Assembly: GCF_009914755.1 (NCBI RefSeq)
Contig: NC_060927.1
DNA from: the human T2T-CHM13v2.0 reference genome, Homo sapiens
Strand: one strand, 5' to 3'
DNA: 64,000 nucleotides
The translations under genes and the position numbers were made by a program. Numbering within the stretch: the first letter of the stretch is position 1; each line of letters opens with the position of its first letter. Below are positions 13,701 through 27,729 of this stretch, one piece after another. The notes beneath the pieces were generated by a model. The model searched no databases. It was given only the letters and a program-made list of their open reading frames with translations, and had not been told where the DNA came from.

Positions 13701-16700
13701 GCAAGCCTACAGCCACATCTCCAAAACCTGACATCGGCTCTTACATCTTCCACATTTTGTTTCAAATCTTTCTAGGGATAGTTCTTTCAAAATCCCTCTC
13801 ATGTGCCCTTCTCAGTCACTATACTCAAATGCTTTTATGAGATAAGAAACTTAAGGAGTATGTGTCTGGGGATATTTTTAGGAAGAGATGGATTTTGTGC
13901 AGCTGATTATTAAGTCAAATAATGAATTAAGAATAATGACAACAATTGAAGTGAAAAATCTGCGTCATTACAGTAATCTTTCTCTCTTGAACAGAACTAT
14001 TTGGCTTAAATCAAAGCCACCTGTAGGATTATGAATTTCAAACCACTAGGAGTGAGGCATATGAAGTTTCTAATTAGCACTGGCCAGGAAACATTAGTTC
14101 TCCCCTTTGCGGTATCTTACAGGTGGGGATAGAGTGATTGTATGTTCTCAGGAGAAATTTGCAGTTAAAATGGCCTAGTGGTTCAGAACTTGGACTCCAA
14201 CAGAACTGAAATAATGACTGTACTATCAGAAAAATATAGGTGAGCAAGGAGTGTGGGGGGAGGGGACGGGGGGGAGCAGATCTTTCCAAAGAAAGATTGC
14301 TGCCAGTGAACTAATTGACTATTTAATGTGTTTATTTTACTTGACCATCTCCAGGAGTGATACAAAATAATTAAACAGCCTGTATGTATTTTGGTGATTT
14401 CCATATATCCTAAAGTACTCAATACAAAGACTGGCCTGGGCCAGAGCTGGCATGACTGCCCTCAGCTTCCAGTTCTAGTGCCATCTTATCCCTCCTAATC
14501 AATTTCCTCTGGGCAGAGATGTCCAACAACCACCACAGAAAGGCCTGGCTTAGAATCTTATTTTTATAAAACATAACAACTTCCCATTGACACACATTAT
14601 TGAATAGAGATACTCTTCTGAAAAGGTTAGGGGTCTCTAAGAAGTAATACAAAGAACACTTTAAAATGTAGTAACTTACATATTTTTAAAATTAGGTATA
14701 AAAAGATGCAAAGAGCACTGGTCATTGTAGAAATCATTTCAGTTTAAAATTCAGGTCCTGCCACGCATTAGCTATGTGACTGAGCAATCTATGTTACTTT
14801 GTTGAGTTTCCTAGTGTCTTGGGGATGAACTGTGTCTCCCACAAAGGGTGACTTCTTCCCTACTGCTTCAGCACTCACATAGGCATCCTTACACACACAC
14901 ACTACCTTTGTGTTCTACTTCAACTGCTTTCAGTTAGTCTGTTCACAAACAACTTCCTTAAAAACTGATTTCCATCTTCAAATCAGAGTAAGCATCGTGT
15001 ACACAAAGCCCTTCCTAAATCCCATTTCCTCCTCCCCAGCAGAGCTTAGTTGCTTCTCCTTTGTGTTCTCACAGTATTTGACTATAGCACTTGCCATGTA
15101 TTGTAACTATGTGTTTAAGTGCCTAACTCCACCTCTAGACTGCAAGCTACTTGAAGTACATACAGTTTTTGAATGTTATTGGTATCTCTAGTTTTTTAAC
15201 AGTATCAAAACTGACAGTAAGTTCTCGGTGTTACACGAAGGAGTTGATTAATAGCAGTGTTCATTTCTTGTATACTTACTATGTGCTAAGCACTTACATG
15301 CATTTTCTGTAATCCTGACATGAACTCTCTAAGGTGGACATTAGTATTTTAATTTTATAGAAGAGAAACCTGAGGCCCCAAAACAACAAATAAGTGATTA
15401 AAGTCAGGATTTGCCCAATCTCCAATCTGTTCACAAGGGATCTAGCACAACCACCTGGTACTTATTAGGTCCTCAAAAATGCCATCTTTTTTCCTACTGC
15501 CCAGAAAACAATGGGAATGTGACTTCTGCAATGGAAGTACCAGAAACTGTGTCCGTTGGTGCTGGCTAACACTATTACTTAGAAAATTTTGATACAAAAA
15601 GCTCATTTCACCAAGTCTGTGTCAGCAACCATAAACAGATTTTTCAATTGCACATTAATAATTCCCAAAAATATTTTCCGAGTGCCTGCTCTGTGCCAGT
15701 TCTGTACTGTACACTAAAGATCTATGAATAAAAAGTCAAGACCCCAGTCTCAAGAAGCAGACACCACGAGGTACCAACATTTGTAGAGCACTTGCTATGG
15801 AAACTTTAGAGCGCCTGGGAGGACATAATCTTAATGGACAGATGTTACATGCCCATTAAACCCATCATTAGGGGATCTATGAATCATTTAACGGAACATA
15901 GAGTAGCCTGTTCTGTGCCATGTATGTGGCCACAGGAGATTCTTTCAGGAAGATAATGTCCTCCATTTGCCAATGTTTGTGTTAAAATTGAAGTGCAGCC
16001 AGCCCACAGGGGTACTCCTACCAGCATGTACTTAGGGGATTGATCAGGGTTTCCAATGAAATGGCAATATGGCAGCCACATAGTGAAGCAGAGAGCATCA
16101 AGACATAAAAGCCATTCATTATTGAAACTTTACAACAAATTCCCTGACAACCTTTCCCTGGAGAAGCCCCTTGTTTCTGCCAACCCATTACATCTATTTT
16201 GAGGCTGGCAACCTGATGTGCCTCTGCACACAACCCCAAGAGGCACCCTTCATATACAATACAACATGATGCAAATACATCTTGATTGGTTCCTCTGGAG
16301 CTGTGTGACAAGGTGGTCCTGACTACCAAAGTAATTAAGGTTCTCATGCACCTTCAGTTGCCAAGCCATTATCAACACATTTGATTTTCAGGGAACATGT
16401 GAGGAGACCTCTGAGCCTTTGTGGCACGAATTTACCAAAGGGGAGCAAAGCCTAGTGAGTGAGGTGCCTCTTTCTGCCCAAAAGTGCAAGTGCATGATCA
16501 GCCATATGGAAGAGATCCCGGGTAATTACTCTCGGTACTTTCGTTTAGCTATTAAAATGCCACCCAACTGTCAAACCTTCACTCAGTGTTAATTACTGCC
16601 ACACCGTGTTTGAATGCAGCACAAGTAGGACTGAAAGTAGAAAATAAATAATAACGATGCAAGGTTACAGCCTCTTTTTGTACCTCTGGTTGCAGTAACC

Positions 16701-17564
16701 ACCTTCGATCTCTTTTTAAGGCCTTTCGTTCTCACCGTCATTCCCTCATGGACTGAGCAGTTGTTTACAAATTGCAAATGCCTATGAAAAGCCCCTATTT
16801 CACAGGGTCTCGCACACAGCCACTCAATTAATGGAACTAAATGCCTTGGTTAGGTTCACAGAAGCTGCTGAATAACTGCCATGCTGCACTTGGCATTTGC
16901 CTCCAGAGGAAGAACATGATGCTGGGTGATGTTGGTGATCTCACCTCTTGGTACATTAGCTTTCAGCTGAAAGTTCAAGGCCATCAAGCTGCTTCTCTGA
17001 CTGGCAGAGAGGGTGCATATTAACCTCACACCTATCCTTCATGAGATAACTGTGCTGGCTTATTCTGCTCTTGGACTGGAGCTGTATTTTATCCAGCAGT
17101 TCTTAACCTGTGCCCATGGATGTTGTGAACCTGCTAAAACTAGATACTATGCTTTGTGCATGTGTGATTTATAGGAAAGGGAGCCCAAACACTGATCATC
17201 TGAAAGGACTCTAATATCTAGAATCTTAGGTGACCTTTCAACGGTCCTTCAACACAAGCTGGGCAAGTGTATATTCACCTCCATTTCATAACAGAATAAA
17301 CAAATGCTGAGCTGTGACTTGCCTGAGTGATCTGAGAATAAGTTGAGGCACTTTTCCAGTACTAATTAACATCTTCCCAGAGGATGCATCTACCATTTGT
17401 AATATGTGAGATGCATTTATCTCACATAAATCACCTTCGCTGGGATGATTTGTCTTTCATCTAGACTGTAAGCCCAAAAGACAAAAACTATTTTTGTCTG
17501 TCTTATCATCTCCATGTGTGTGTGTAATAGAGGAACAGTGTTTGTACCGAAGGGGATCAATGTT

Positions 17565-18104
17565 TGTCAGTCTAAAACATGCCATGATGGCATAAGAATT
17601 ATTTTGAGCTAAAGGCAACTGACAAACATCAGATGTATATAAAGCTGTCTACTCCCCTTGTATCTGCCTAAAGTCAGGGCATAAATTTTCCTCAGTGAAG
17701 ATGTTCTCTCTTTCCTCTCCCATACCAGGAAGAGGAGGCAACTCTTATTGCTGAAGATGGCACTGACTTCAATCTGCATAAACAAAATTGACTGTAATAA
17801 ATCTTATCTTTCATTAGTTTTCCCCATATACTTATCTTCACATAAATAAGTACCCCTAGAAGTCCAAAACCCCTTTCTTTTCTCTTGTCATATTGCCACA
17901 ATTTATTGTTCTTTGTTAAGATGGTATATATAAGCCCCCAATTCTAACCACTTCCTTAAGTTATATTTCTTTGTGAACTTCCATGCATATGTATGTAATT
18001 AAATCTGTTCTTTTCTCTTGTTAATCTGTCTTTTTTCAGTTAACTTGTAGGCCCCCAGTACTGAATCTAAAATAGTGGATGAAAAAGTCTTACCCTTTCC
18101 TATA
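17565..18104 (+). mobile_element. ERV1 solo LTR, MER34 family
   Basis: 'ggcataagaattattttgagct', 'ctgcctaaag..gggcataaatt', TATA-like 'gtatatataagc', 'ttttctcttgttaatctgtc' are characteristic of MER34-group LTRs. Confidence 0.7.
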
Positions 18105-18412
18105 GTATATAACAATAACTGTGATCAGTGAACAGATGCAAACCAACCTTCAGTTTCCAAAAATATTTATTTCTGTTTTCTGTCACAAGACACCTGTAGG
18201 ACAATTTTTTTTGATGACCATAAGATGTAAAGGACAATGCTTAGAAAAACCTAGACACCAAGAAAAACCTGCTAATGTCTGCAAGAAAAGAACTTCATAA
18301 TCCAGAAGTTCCCAAAACTCTATAATTGCTGAAGAATAACTAGAATTTTAACAAATTGCTCAAAATCTCCTTTCAAGTCCTCACAAAATCAGCTAATTCA
18401 TTAAAAAGAAAT

Positions 18413-18570
18413 TACATTATATGCCCCATTACATTTCATAGGACACTGGAGATGGACACAGGCACTCAGGAAATACTGGGAAATAGGGACAGTGATACAA
18501 ATGACAATAAGATAAAACAATAAGGATCCAGAGAATGGCATTTGAAACTTGAAAACTGTATATTGAAAAG
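18413..18570 (+). repeat. Dispersed direct repeat, copy A (~158 bp)
   Basis: Aligns with 21763-21921 with about 17 differences counted by eye (~89% identity). Confidence 0.92.
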
Positions 18571-18772
18571 GGTGATTCCAGAAATTTAATCTGGTCACAA
18601 TGTCTAAACTGGTGGCTATGAGAAAGGGGAGGAGAGGGATGGAGTCAGCAAGACCAGATAAAGGCAGAATGACATAATTAATGTGTAGCACTTTCAGCAT
18701 ATGAAAACAGCACTTCCTTCATCTTCCCAAAGACCATCAGCGTTGATCATATTTTATTATTAAGAAAATACA

Positions 18773-19096
<324 letters not shown>

Positions 19097-20159
19097 TTAT
19101 CATACTGTATTCAGTGTATTCAATGCATACTTTGTCTCATCAGTGAGGAAATTTTCAACTATTTTCTGGGCAAAAAGAGTAATAATCCTTGGTAGTAATA
19201 ACCATTTATCTGAAAGAAAGCACTTCCACAAGCTTTCTGTCACATTTTAAAATAAAAAAAAAATGAGCCTTCTCCCTTTACAATGCAGGCATTTCTAGGA
19301 ACCACTGTAAAAGGGCCCACTTTTTCAGTATGTCTAAGAGCAGACAGCACTTTCCACCACCTGCCTTGCCCACTCTCTCCTAGCTCAGTGCACTTTCTCA
19401 GGTTGCACAAGTACGAACACATGGAGAATGCAAAGAATCTATCTAAGTTTGGCAGTGCTTGCTGCATTCTGCCTGTAGAAGTGCCCCCAAATGGTGCAAG
19501 CTGAAGCAAAACAGCCGCAGAAGCAAAATACAATCTCGAGGTCAGTGCAGACCCAGCTGCCCTTGTCTCTTAGACATTCCTGGCTGGAATCCCACTGAGC
19601 AAATATAGGGGGAAAACAGACAAGAAAGGCCCTAGATTCAGGAAATACCCAGCTGCTGCAGGAGAGAGCAGCTTACAAACAGCAATTTCCCTTTAAAAGT
19701 GCCCCCAAGGGCAGATCTCTAAATTATCCCTCGATATTTCTTTTCAATCATGCCATGACCCTACCACTGGTTTTTAAACTCCTCCTCTTGAACCATATGA
19801 TGGACCTACAAGCAGCCAGTAGGTTCTCAAACACAGCTTTCACTATTAGGCCTGAAATCCAAAGGGAATAACGTTACCCTCTCATAGCATAGTTTCCTCA
19901 TTCAGCCATTTCTCAAACCTTTTTTCTCCAAAATTCTTGCTATCAAGAGTGACTGTTAATACCAACAGAAGGACAAGCCTTCAAGGAACACAGTAACTGA
20001 TCTCTTTCGTAATTTTCATTTGTCAAACTAAGGGAAGCTATACAACTTAGAAATCAAATGTCATGTTCATTTATCAGGTATTTATTCTATTCCAAATCTA
20101 CACAGGACACGGACAGAAAAGATTCATGCATTCTTTTGACCGATATTTATTAAGTACTT

Positions 20160-20295
20160 ACTGCAATTCATCAAGTCTAAAATACATATTTTTTCACATT
20201 TTGACATTTCTGGAATTGGGATGCATCTGAAAATTAAGATTCTGGTTTTCTTCTTTTAGTATATAAAATAATATAGCATCTTACAATCAATTGCA
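20160..20295 (+). mobile_element. MARNA-like mariner fossil
   Basis: 'tctaaaatacatattttttcacattttgacatttctggaattgggatgcatct...gcatcttacaatc' matches the remembered MARNA terminus. Confidence 0.5.
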
Positions 20296-21464
20296 CATGC
20301 CATGGACGAAATGCTTAAAACTTCTCAAATGAGTACAGCCATCTTTTCCCTTGAACTTGTCCTCCTCTTTCAAATGCATCCTCAGAGGCTGGTACCAGAG
20401 TAATTTTTATCTGGGGCAAATCTTGTCCTGTGACCCTTCCCCCTGTTTGAACCAGCCAATGAATTCCCTTTACCTATGGGTAAGCATGGAGTCAGAGGTC
20501 CTTCATGACATGTCCCAGACCAACACTGGCAGCTCATCTCCCCTTGTCTCCTGCCAAATTATAAATTTTCCTCAATATACCAATTTCTCTGAACTCAATA
20601 TAACTTTTAGAATTCTGCTCAAGTATTGACTACCTGAAAACTTTCTCTGACACTTCTATCCCCAAGGTTGAAGTAAATGTCAATCTTTTGAGGTCCCACA
20701 GCCTCCTATGCTTTATTATATTATTACCACACTCTAATTTGGGGCTCTTGATCTATGTCCCCCAAAAGACCAAGATCTCCACAAAGGGAAAGGTTGTGCC
20801 TTGCACATTTCTGATGAAAAACCCCAGGGACACTGCCTGGCATGGAGTTGAAGATCAAAACATAATTGAAAGGATGGATGAACAAACCTTATGACATCTC
20901 ATCCTCAGTTCATAAGACACCTAGCTTTTAGAGATCATCAGCAACCAAACAGGATTTCAATTCTTGTTACTCTTGGGTTTTGTCTAAAAAACAAATGGGA
21001 ATTCAAGAAAAATTGTTTCTTAGTTTCTTTCCATTCTATAATTTTGTTATTTGTGCTCCACTGAAAATTACCTGCTATTCTATCCATCTGGCATTGATCA
21101 AATACTGCCTTTGCCTATGAAGCACCTTTTTAAAAATGGATTCTCAGATTGGCAAAACAGTCTCGCACCTAAGATTCTTGAGCTGTGTGTGTGTTGCAGG
21201 GGGAGGAGAGAACATGTCTAAAACTCCGGGGAAATACGTCATTTGAGAGCACATATTTGGTTTAATTTTATACCTAGAAAACAAATGCTCTCTGCATTAT
21301 AAACTAAACAATATAAGGCTTGATAAGGTGATCTTGGCTGATGGAGAAAGAAAAAACGATTGAGATTCTCAACTGGGGAAAAGACATGATATTTTTATGA
21401 AGTTTATCAAAGGGAGATATGAGTTTTAGAAGTTCAGGAAAAACTGGCACAGTAAAAGCTAATA

Positions 21465-21735
21465 TGGCATAATCGTTAACAGCAGATTCTGGCAGTAGAC
21501 AGACACGGGGTGAAATTCCGGATCTATCCCTCGCTAACTGGCTCTTTGATTCTGAACAATTTACTTAATCTCTCCAAGCCTTCCTTTTGTCATCAGTAAA
21601 ACAGGGATTATCAGGCACACCTCATAGGGTCATTATAGGACTCAAATCAAAGATTGCATATAAAGCTCCTCTAACCGTGCTTGGCACTTAACAGGCCCCT
21701 CAAAAATGGTCGCAATTATTACAACTATTAATAAC
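21465..21735 (+). mobile_element. MIR SINE, near full length
   Basis: 'ttacttaatctctccaagcc...cacctcatagggtc...gtgcttggcac'. Confidence 0.75.
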
Positions 21736-21762
21736 ATCTCTTCTCCAGTTAAATACAGAGCC

Positions 21763-21921
21763 TACATTATATGTCCCATTACATTGCATAGGACACTGGA
21801 AATGGACACAGGCACTCAAGAAGTACTAGGAAATAGGCATGGTGATGACAAATGACAATAAGATAAAACAGTAAGTATCCATAGAAAGACATTTGATATT
21901 TGAAAACTGTATATTGAAAAG
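21763..21921 (+). repeat. Dispersed direct repeat, copy B (~159 bp)
   Basis: Aligns with 18413-18570. Confidence 0.92.
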
Positions 21922-21964
21922 ATATCTTTTCTACGATTAACCAGGTTTTTTAGATTACAGTTAT

Positions 21965-22200
21965 TTTTAACTTATGAAATACAGATACCATGAGCATTTG
22001 TGACATATGCGTGCAGTTCAAATAATAATAAATTGAACGGAGTGAACATCCGTGTACCCACCACCCTGCTTAGGAAACTTAGGAAACAGAACGTTACCAC
22101 TTGGAAATCATCTGACTGTCTTTCCCTGATGTACCCTCCTCTCATAGCCCAGGGTAATGTCTTGAATTTTATGTTTCTCGTGTTTTTCACTCCTTGCTTT
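21965..22200 (-). mobile_element. Ancient L1ME 3'-end fragment
   Basis: 'gtgaacatccgtgtacccaccacc...gaaacagaacgttacca...tgaattttatg' is an L1ME 3'UTR in reverse. Confidence 0.55.
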
Positions 22201-22800
22201 TTTAAAAACAGGTTTATTAAGATATAATTCATAAACCATACAATCATCCAATCAAAGTTTACAAGTCAATGGTTTTTAGTATATTCTCAGATATGTGCAA
22301 CCATCACCACCATAAATTTTAGGACATTTCATCGCCTCAAAAAGAAACCCCATACCCTGTAGCTACCACTCCTCAGACCCCTCATCCTCCCACCCACTGC
22401 CCCCCCAACCCTAAGCAATCAGTCATCTACTTTCTCTACGGAGTTCTCTGTCCTGGACATTCCATAAGAATGAAATCATACAATATGTGACCTTTTGTGA
22501 CTGGCCTCTTTCACTTAGCATAATGTTTTGTAAGTTCATTCACATAGTAGCATATATCATTACTTCATTCCTTTTTATGGCCAAGCAACATGCCATTGTT
22601 TGGAGACACCAAACTTTATTCCTCCATTCATCAGTTGATGGACATTGTATTGTTTCTGTCTTTAGGCTATTACAAATAACGCTGCTATGAACATTTGTGC
22701 ACAACTTTTTGTATAGACATATTTTCATTTCAGTTGGGTACACAATACGTAGGAGTAGAATTGCCTGGTTATATGGCAATTGTTTAACCTTTTGAGAAGC
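22200..22800 (-). mobile_element. L1MB 3'-end fragment
   Basis: 'tttattaagatataattcata...gtgcaaccatcaccac...ttcacttagcataatgttt...ccattcatcagttgatggacatt'. The reverse ORF gives ORF2 C-terminal-like 'LPYNQAILLL'. Confidence 0.85.
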
Positions 22801-25739
22801 TGAACTCACCAGCTTTTATACTGATCTCCAGGTGGCAGAAAGCTAAAAGTATGTCAGTGACTTATGGTGCTAAACCAACCTATTCAGCCAACAGCAGGCC
22901 CTCAATGCCAGTGAAAACTCTTCATAAGTAGTTACACATCAATTATTCATAGGTGTGCAAATCCTATCTTCTAAGAATTGAAATTTTCTAGCAGTTAAAG
23001 AAAGCCAGTAGCAAGAAGAGAAGACTTAGTAGAAACAAGGCTCTTCCACTTCCTAGCCATTCTCAGTTGATTCTTTTGACTCTCAGACTACCATTTTTAA
23101 GGTATTTTTCATGTTGATTCAGTCTACTGTGTCTGTGTTGACAACTTCAATGATGAAACCACTAAAGATGGAATATAAAAATGGACTCATATTGAAGACC
23201 TACAGAAATATCAATGCATTAGGTACAGACAATTTTTTCGGACCAATGACTTCCAGCAAGTATGTTTATAAAAATTAAATCTACTTCTCACCAAGAGTCT
23301 GAATTGCCAGAAATACACTGGCATGAAGAGAAAGCAGGCAAGGGGTAGAAGGAAAGAGATTAAGGAGCAGAAGCTTCATCTGAAAGCCTCTGAAATGTGG
23401 CATCTGGAAAATCTATTCACACCCTCACAAATCACTTTTGGTCTGATGTGCCAGTCTCTAAAGCCTTTGATACAAGAGTGCGAAGGGCATCTGTCTCTGA
23501 TTTTCCTACTCAACACTTGTCTTGTTTTCTACAGTCTGCTACACTCCCCTTTTGTTAGCCACAGACAGATTGATGGACAGAGTGAGGTGACGGACCAAGG
23601 AGTACATTATTCACCTTTACATTAGCTATGTTGGGGGGTTAAAAAGTTGGCCAGCACAGTAACGCCTCTGAATTTTAACACAGTATTTCTGAATGTCTTT
23701 GACTCAAGTAAACTATTGCTCAGAGAGATGTAGACTAGGAGGACCTAGGAAGCAGAAATTCTCAGTATCCTATCGTGACTGGAATGAAAACATGCTGACT
23801 GCCCAGCTACCCATGTGAACTCCACATTCCCCTCATCTTGAAGTGAAATTAGTTAAGAACAGAGAGAAAATAAAATACCTCTTTGTATTGACAATCGAAC
23901 TTACAAAATGACAACTTACCAAAAAAATTTACATTTGAAATATAGAGATATCACTGTAATATGTTTATATCTTAAAGAAAATGCATACACATATACAGAG
24001 GCTTGTATATTATAATTTCCTAAAACCCAAACACATTCAGGCAATCCAAATACATTAGATATTAGTATGTAGAGTTTATCAATGAAACTATTTCTATAAT
24101 ACAACATACACGCTTTTTTTCTTTTATGCTTATTTCTGTGGTCTAGATTTACAACACTTACCAAAATAAACAAACTAAAACCAAATAATAAAAGAAACTG
24201 CTGTCTAATATCCCTTGGGGAATCTCAACATTTTTATCTTATTCTTAACCACACTGCTGGAGAATTCTTAGACCTTAGATATGAAGTGATATTTAATGAA
24301 TAAGAAATGCTGGAGAAAGAAAATACAACAGGCTGGTGATATGCGTACTTTTAATTTATGTTGGCCAAAACACAATTTTCCCATTTACTGATTCTTTTCA
24401 CACCAGTCACAGTAAATAGCACAGACTTTTGTAGATACCAAAATAACTGATGTTTTACTATTAGCACTTTTCAAATCATTCCTCCTTAGACTGTCACCTT
24501 TTTCCAGCTCAAAACAGACTTCACAACTGCAAGTTTCCACTGTGTAGTTCCAACATTGCAATATTTTCCCCAAAGAGGTGTGAAACAGGTCAGTATACAG
24601 AGCTAATAGCATCACATTTTTATTTAGGGGGAAAAATACATGTTACGAAATTGTTGGGATAGCGTAAAAGAACACCAGCTTCTGTGTTTTTAAGCAACTT
24701 GGGAATCCATATCTTCTATTTAGTACCTGCACAGTAGTGTTTCACAGAGAGATTGGCTATCTCTAAACAGCTGACAAAGGAATCCAAACTCCTCTTGGTA
24801 TGGCCCACACAGCCCTTCACAATTTGTACCCAGTCCAACTTTCCAGCTCAGCTCCCATTGTCCTTCTACTATGTACCAAATCAGTGTTACCTAAACTTTT
24901 TCATAAGGCACACTGAGGTAAATGAACAACTGGGCTCAAGCCCCAGGAATGAAAGGATAACTGTCTATGCAGCCCCATCACCTGGTATGTCACTGAGGTA
25001 GGGGCATTCTACCTACATTCTACCTATGGGAGTGTATTCATGGTTCCTTTGACGTGTCATGTAACCATCGCAAGTCCGCAGTTTTGCACACGCTATTCCC
25101 TTTCCCTGGAACATTTTTCCCCTCCCTACGAAAGAAATAATTCTTGTTTTTCAAGACTCAGCTCAGACTTCACCTCTGCAGCACAGGTGTTCTTGCCCTC
25201 TGCTGCCTCCTTAGCCCCAAGAATCGGAGGCTCTCCTCTCTGTGCTCCCAGGGGACTTCTCACCCACAGTAGGTCACTTCTCTGTCTTCTACACTGCAAG
25301 TGAGCCCCTTGAGAGCTTACTTACTTTTCTAACTTCAGAGGTAAGCACAATGTCTGACAAATTGTAGGTGCTCCATTGCTGTTCTTTGAAATAATTCAGA
25401 ATTTCTCCAAAGCATGCAGAGAATAGAGAAAATTCAAAACCAGTCTCTATCAAATAGGGAATTATTCTGAAGCATATGTGCTCAATTTCACCTGTGGCAG
25501 GACTTGCCATTTATGGATTCCTGGAGAAATGCTTTGATGCCTCCTTCTGAAATTCAACATGCAGTCTAAAAGAGCTCAAGTAGATGCAAACAGGAGCAGG
25601 CAAATTCCCTTGGACCCTGAGCCTCCCTCCCTCCCAGAGGCAGGTTTAGCTGGAGGCCAAACAATCACAAGAGTGCTGGTCCCACCCAGAAATCCAACAA
25701 TATTCAGCATCTAAAAACATGTCCTAAAGAAATCACCAG

Positions 25740-26168
25740 CAATGCACAAGCAATTCTGCTCAAGGTTATTAAATGTAGCATTATTTATAAGAGTACAAAT
25801 AGGAAACAGCCTAAATGTTAAACAACAGAGACCTAGTTAAATAAATTATGACTATCTCAATGCTAGAGAATAGTAGGCAACCGATAAAAAAATTATGTTG
25901 ATAAGAATTTTTTATGGCAATAAATATTATTACCAAAAAACAAAAAAGGAATAAACAACACTATATACAGTTTGATCCAAATTTTACTTATAAAAACATA
26001 TATATGTGTGCTTGCAAAAGTAAGAAGACTGGAAGAAAATATACGTGTTTAGTGGCATGTATATCTGAGTGACGTTATAGTGATAAAAAATTTATTTTAT
26101 TCTCCATTCTCTTTCAGTATTTTCCAAGTTTTCTGTAGCAAGTATGCTTTACTTTTGTATGGAAAAAT
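25740..26168 (+). mobile_element. Ancient L1ME 3'-end fragment
   Basis: 'gcattatttataa...ggaaacagcctaaatg...ttaaataaattatg...gactggaagaaaatata...gtattttccaagttttct'. Confidence 0.65.
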
Positions 26169-26560
26169 CAGGAGGTGGGGAAGTAATAAAAATCAAAGCA
26201 GAAAGGAGTAAAAAGTTATTATTGCCGAGCTGTTCTACTCTGGGCTGCATACAGCTGTCCACCAATGTTCTGGGAAGCTGGCCCATTGTCAGGATCACAG
26301 GACACAGCAGGAGTAAGGCTCTCACAGGAATATACACCCTGGGTGCCCCAGATCTGCCCTAGACTCAGAGTGGACCCGGGACCTGATGGGTTTTCTTAAA
26401 TTGGTAGAAACCATACTCTGGGCCCACAGTTCCCTTGCCATCTAGGACAAAAATCTAAGACCTAAATCTAGTTTTCTGAATTTGATTTGCAAGAGTTTCA
26501 AGAAATCATGCCAAATTTCCCCTGGTGTTCTCATTTTCCTCATAGAAAATGCTAGATTCA

Positions 26561-26852
26561 GGCCAGGCACGGTAGGTCACACCTGTAATCCCAACACTTT
26601 GGGAGGCCAAGGCGAGAGGATTGCTTAAGCCCAGGAGTTTGAGACCAGCCGAGGCAGCGTAGTGAGACCTCATCTCTACAAAAAATTTTACAAAAAATTG
26701 GCTGAGCATGGTAGTGCATTCCTGTAGTCCCAGATACTTGGGAGGCTAAGATTGAAGGATCATTTGGGCCCAGGAGGTCAAGGCTGCAGTGAGCCATATT
26801 GCACCACTGCACTCCAGCCTGGGCAACAGAGTGAGACCCTCCTATCTCACAA

Positions 26853-26895
<43 letters not shown>

Positions 26896-26896
26896 A
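26561..26896 (+). mobile_element. AluJ with (TAAA)n tail
   Basis: J diagnostics 'gaggattgcttaagcccaggagtt', 'aggtcaaggctgcagtgagcc'. TSD aaaatgctagattcag / aaagtgctagatccag. Confidence 0.95.
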
Positions 26897-27536
26897 GTGC
26901 TAGATCCAGACCCCAGCCAGAAAGACATTTCCTCCCCAAGAATATTCTTCCACATCCTCCTTTTTGTAAATACAGTTCCATATTATTCTTAATGTTGCTG
27001 AAAAATATTTTTTGGAAACACTTAACACATGAAAGAAATTAAGCAGGACAACTAGGAGTGGATGGTGTCACAAAGACAAGGAAAGAGTCTCCTAAGCACC
27101 ATATGCCCCCAAAGATACCAAGATGAGACAGATCCCAAAAGCGTCCTTCGGATTTGGCTTCTACTGGTGCTGATGATCTCTACCAGATTCAGGGAGGACT
27201 GAAGTCAGAATAACAAAATGGTGTGTATACCTGAGTGATGTTATAATCTTTCTTTAAGGGGTTTGCCTGGGAATAGCAGGAGAATCAGGCCAGTGCTCAC
27301 AGGGTTGAGACAAACACATATCTAGTTGGAAGCTAGTGAAGAATACAGGGAAAAGGGGGTCAATGAAAACTGAGGAGAGACAGGAATAATGAGAGCAGAT
27401 CTAGTCCTGAAGAAAACAAAAAAAGAAGAAGCTGGGAACCAGAGCTCCATATTTCCTTCTCTCCTGAATTTTCATTTAGGAGAGGTGAGGGATCACCCTT
27501 GAATGAAAGAGGTACTTTGTCTTCTGGAACCTGACC

Positions 27537-27729
27537 CAGTGATTCTTAACCAGGGAGCCCATCAGAATCTCCTGTGGCAATTTTACAGCCAACACAGGCT
27601 TGGGCTCCTCCTCCTCCTCACCTCACCAGCAGACCTACTGAACGGTCCTCTTCAGGACGAGGACTAGGCTGAGTTATTTCTAAAAGCTCCCAGGTAATTA
27701 AGATGCACAATGCTGTCTAACAATCACTG
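27537..27729. mobile_element. MER5-type hAT MITE
   Basis: Terminal inverted repeats 'cagtgatt'...'aatcactg'; internal 'cagacctactgaa', 'aagctcccaggtaatt'. Confidence 0.7.

Noticed and set aside
24162-24174. Possible 13-nt microexon on - (ttttag|tttgtttattttg|gtaagt)
   Set aside because: Not frame-preserving and in low-complexity T-rich DNA where such matches arise by chance.
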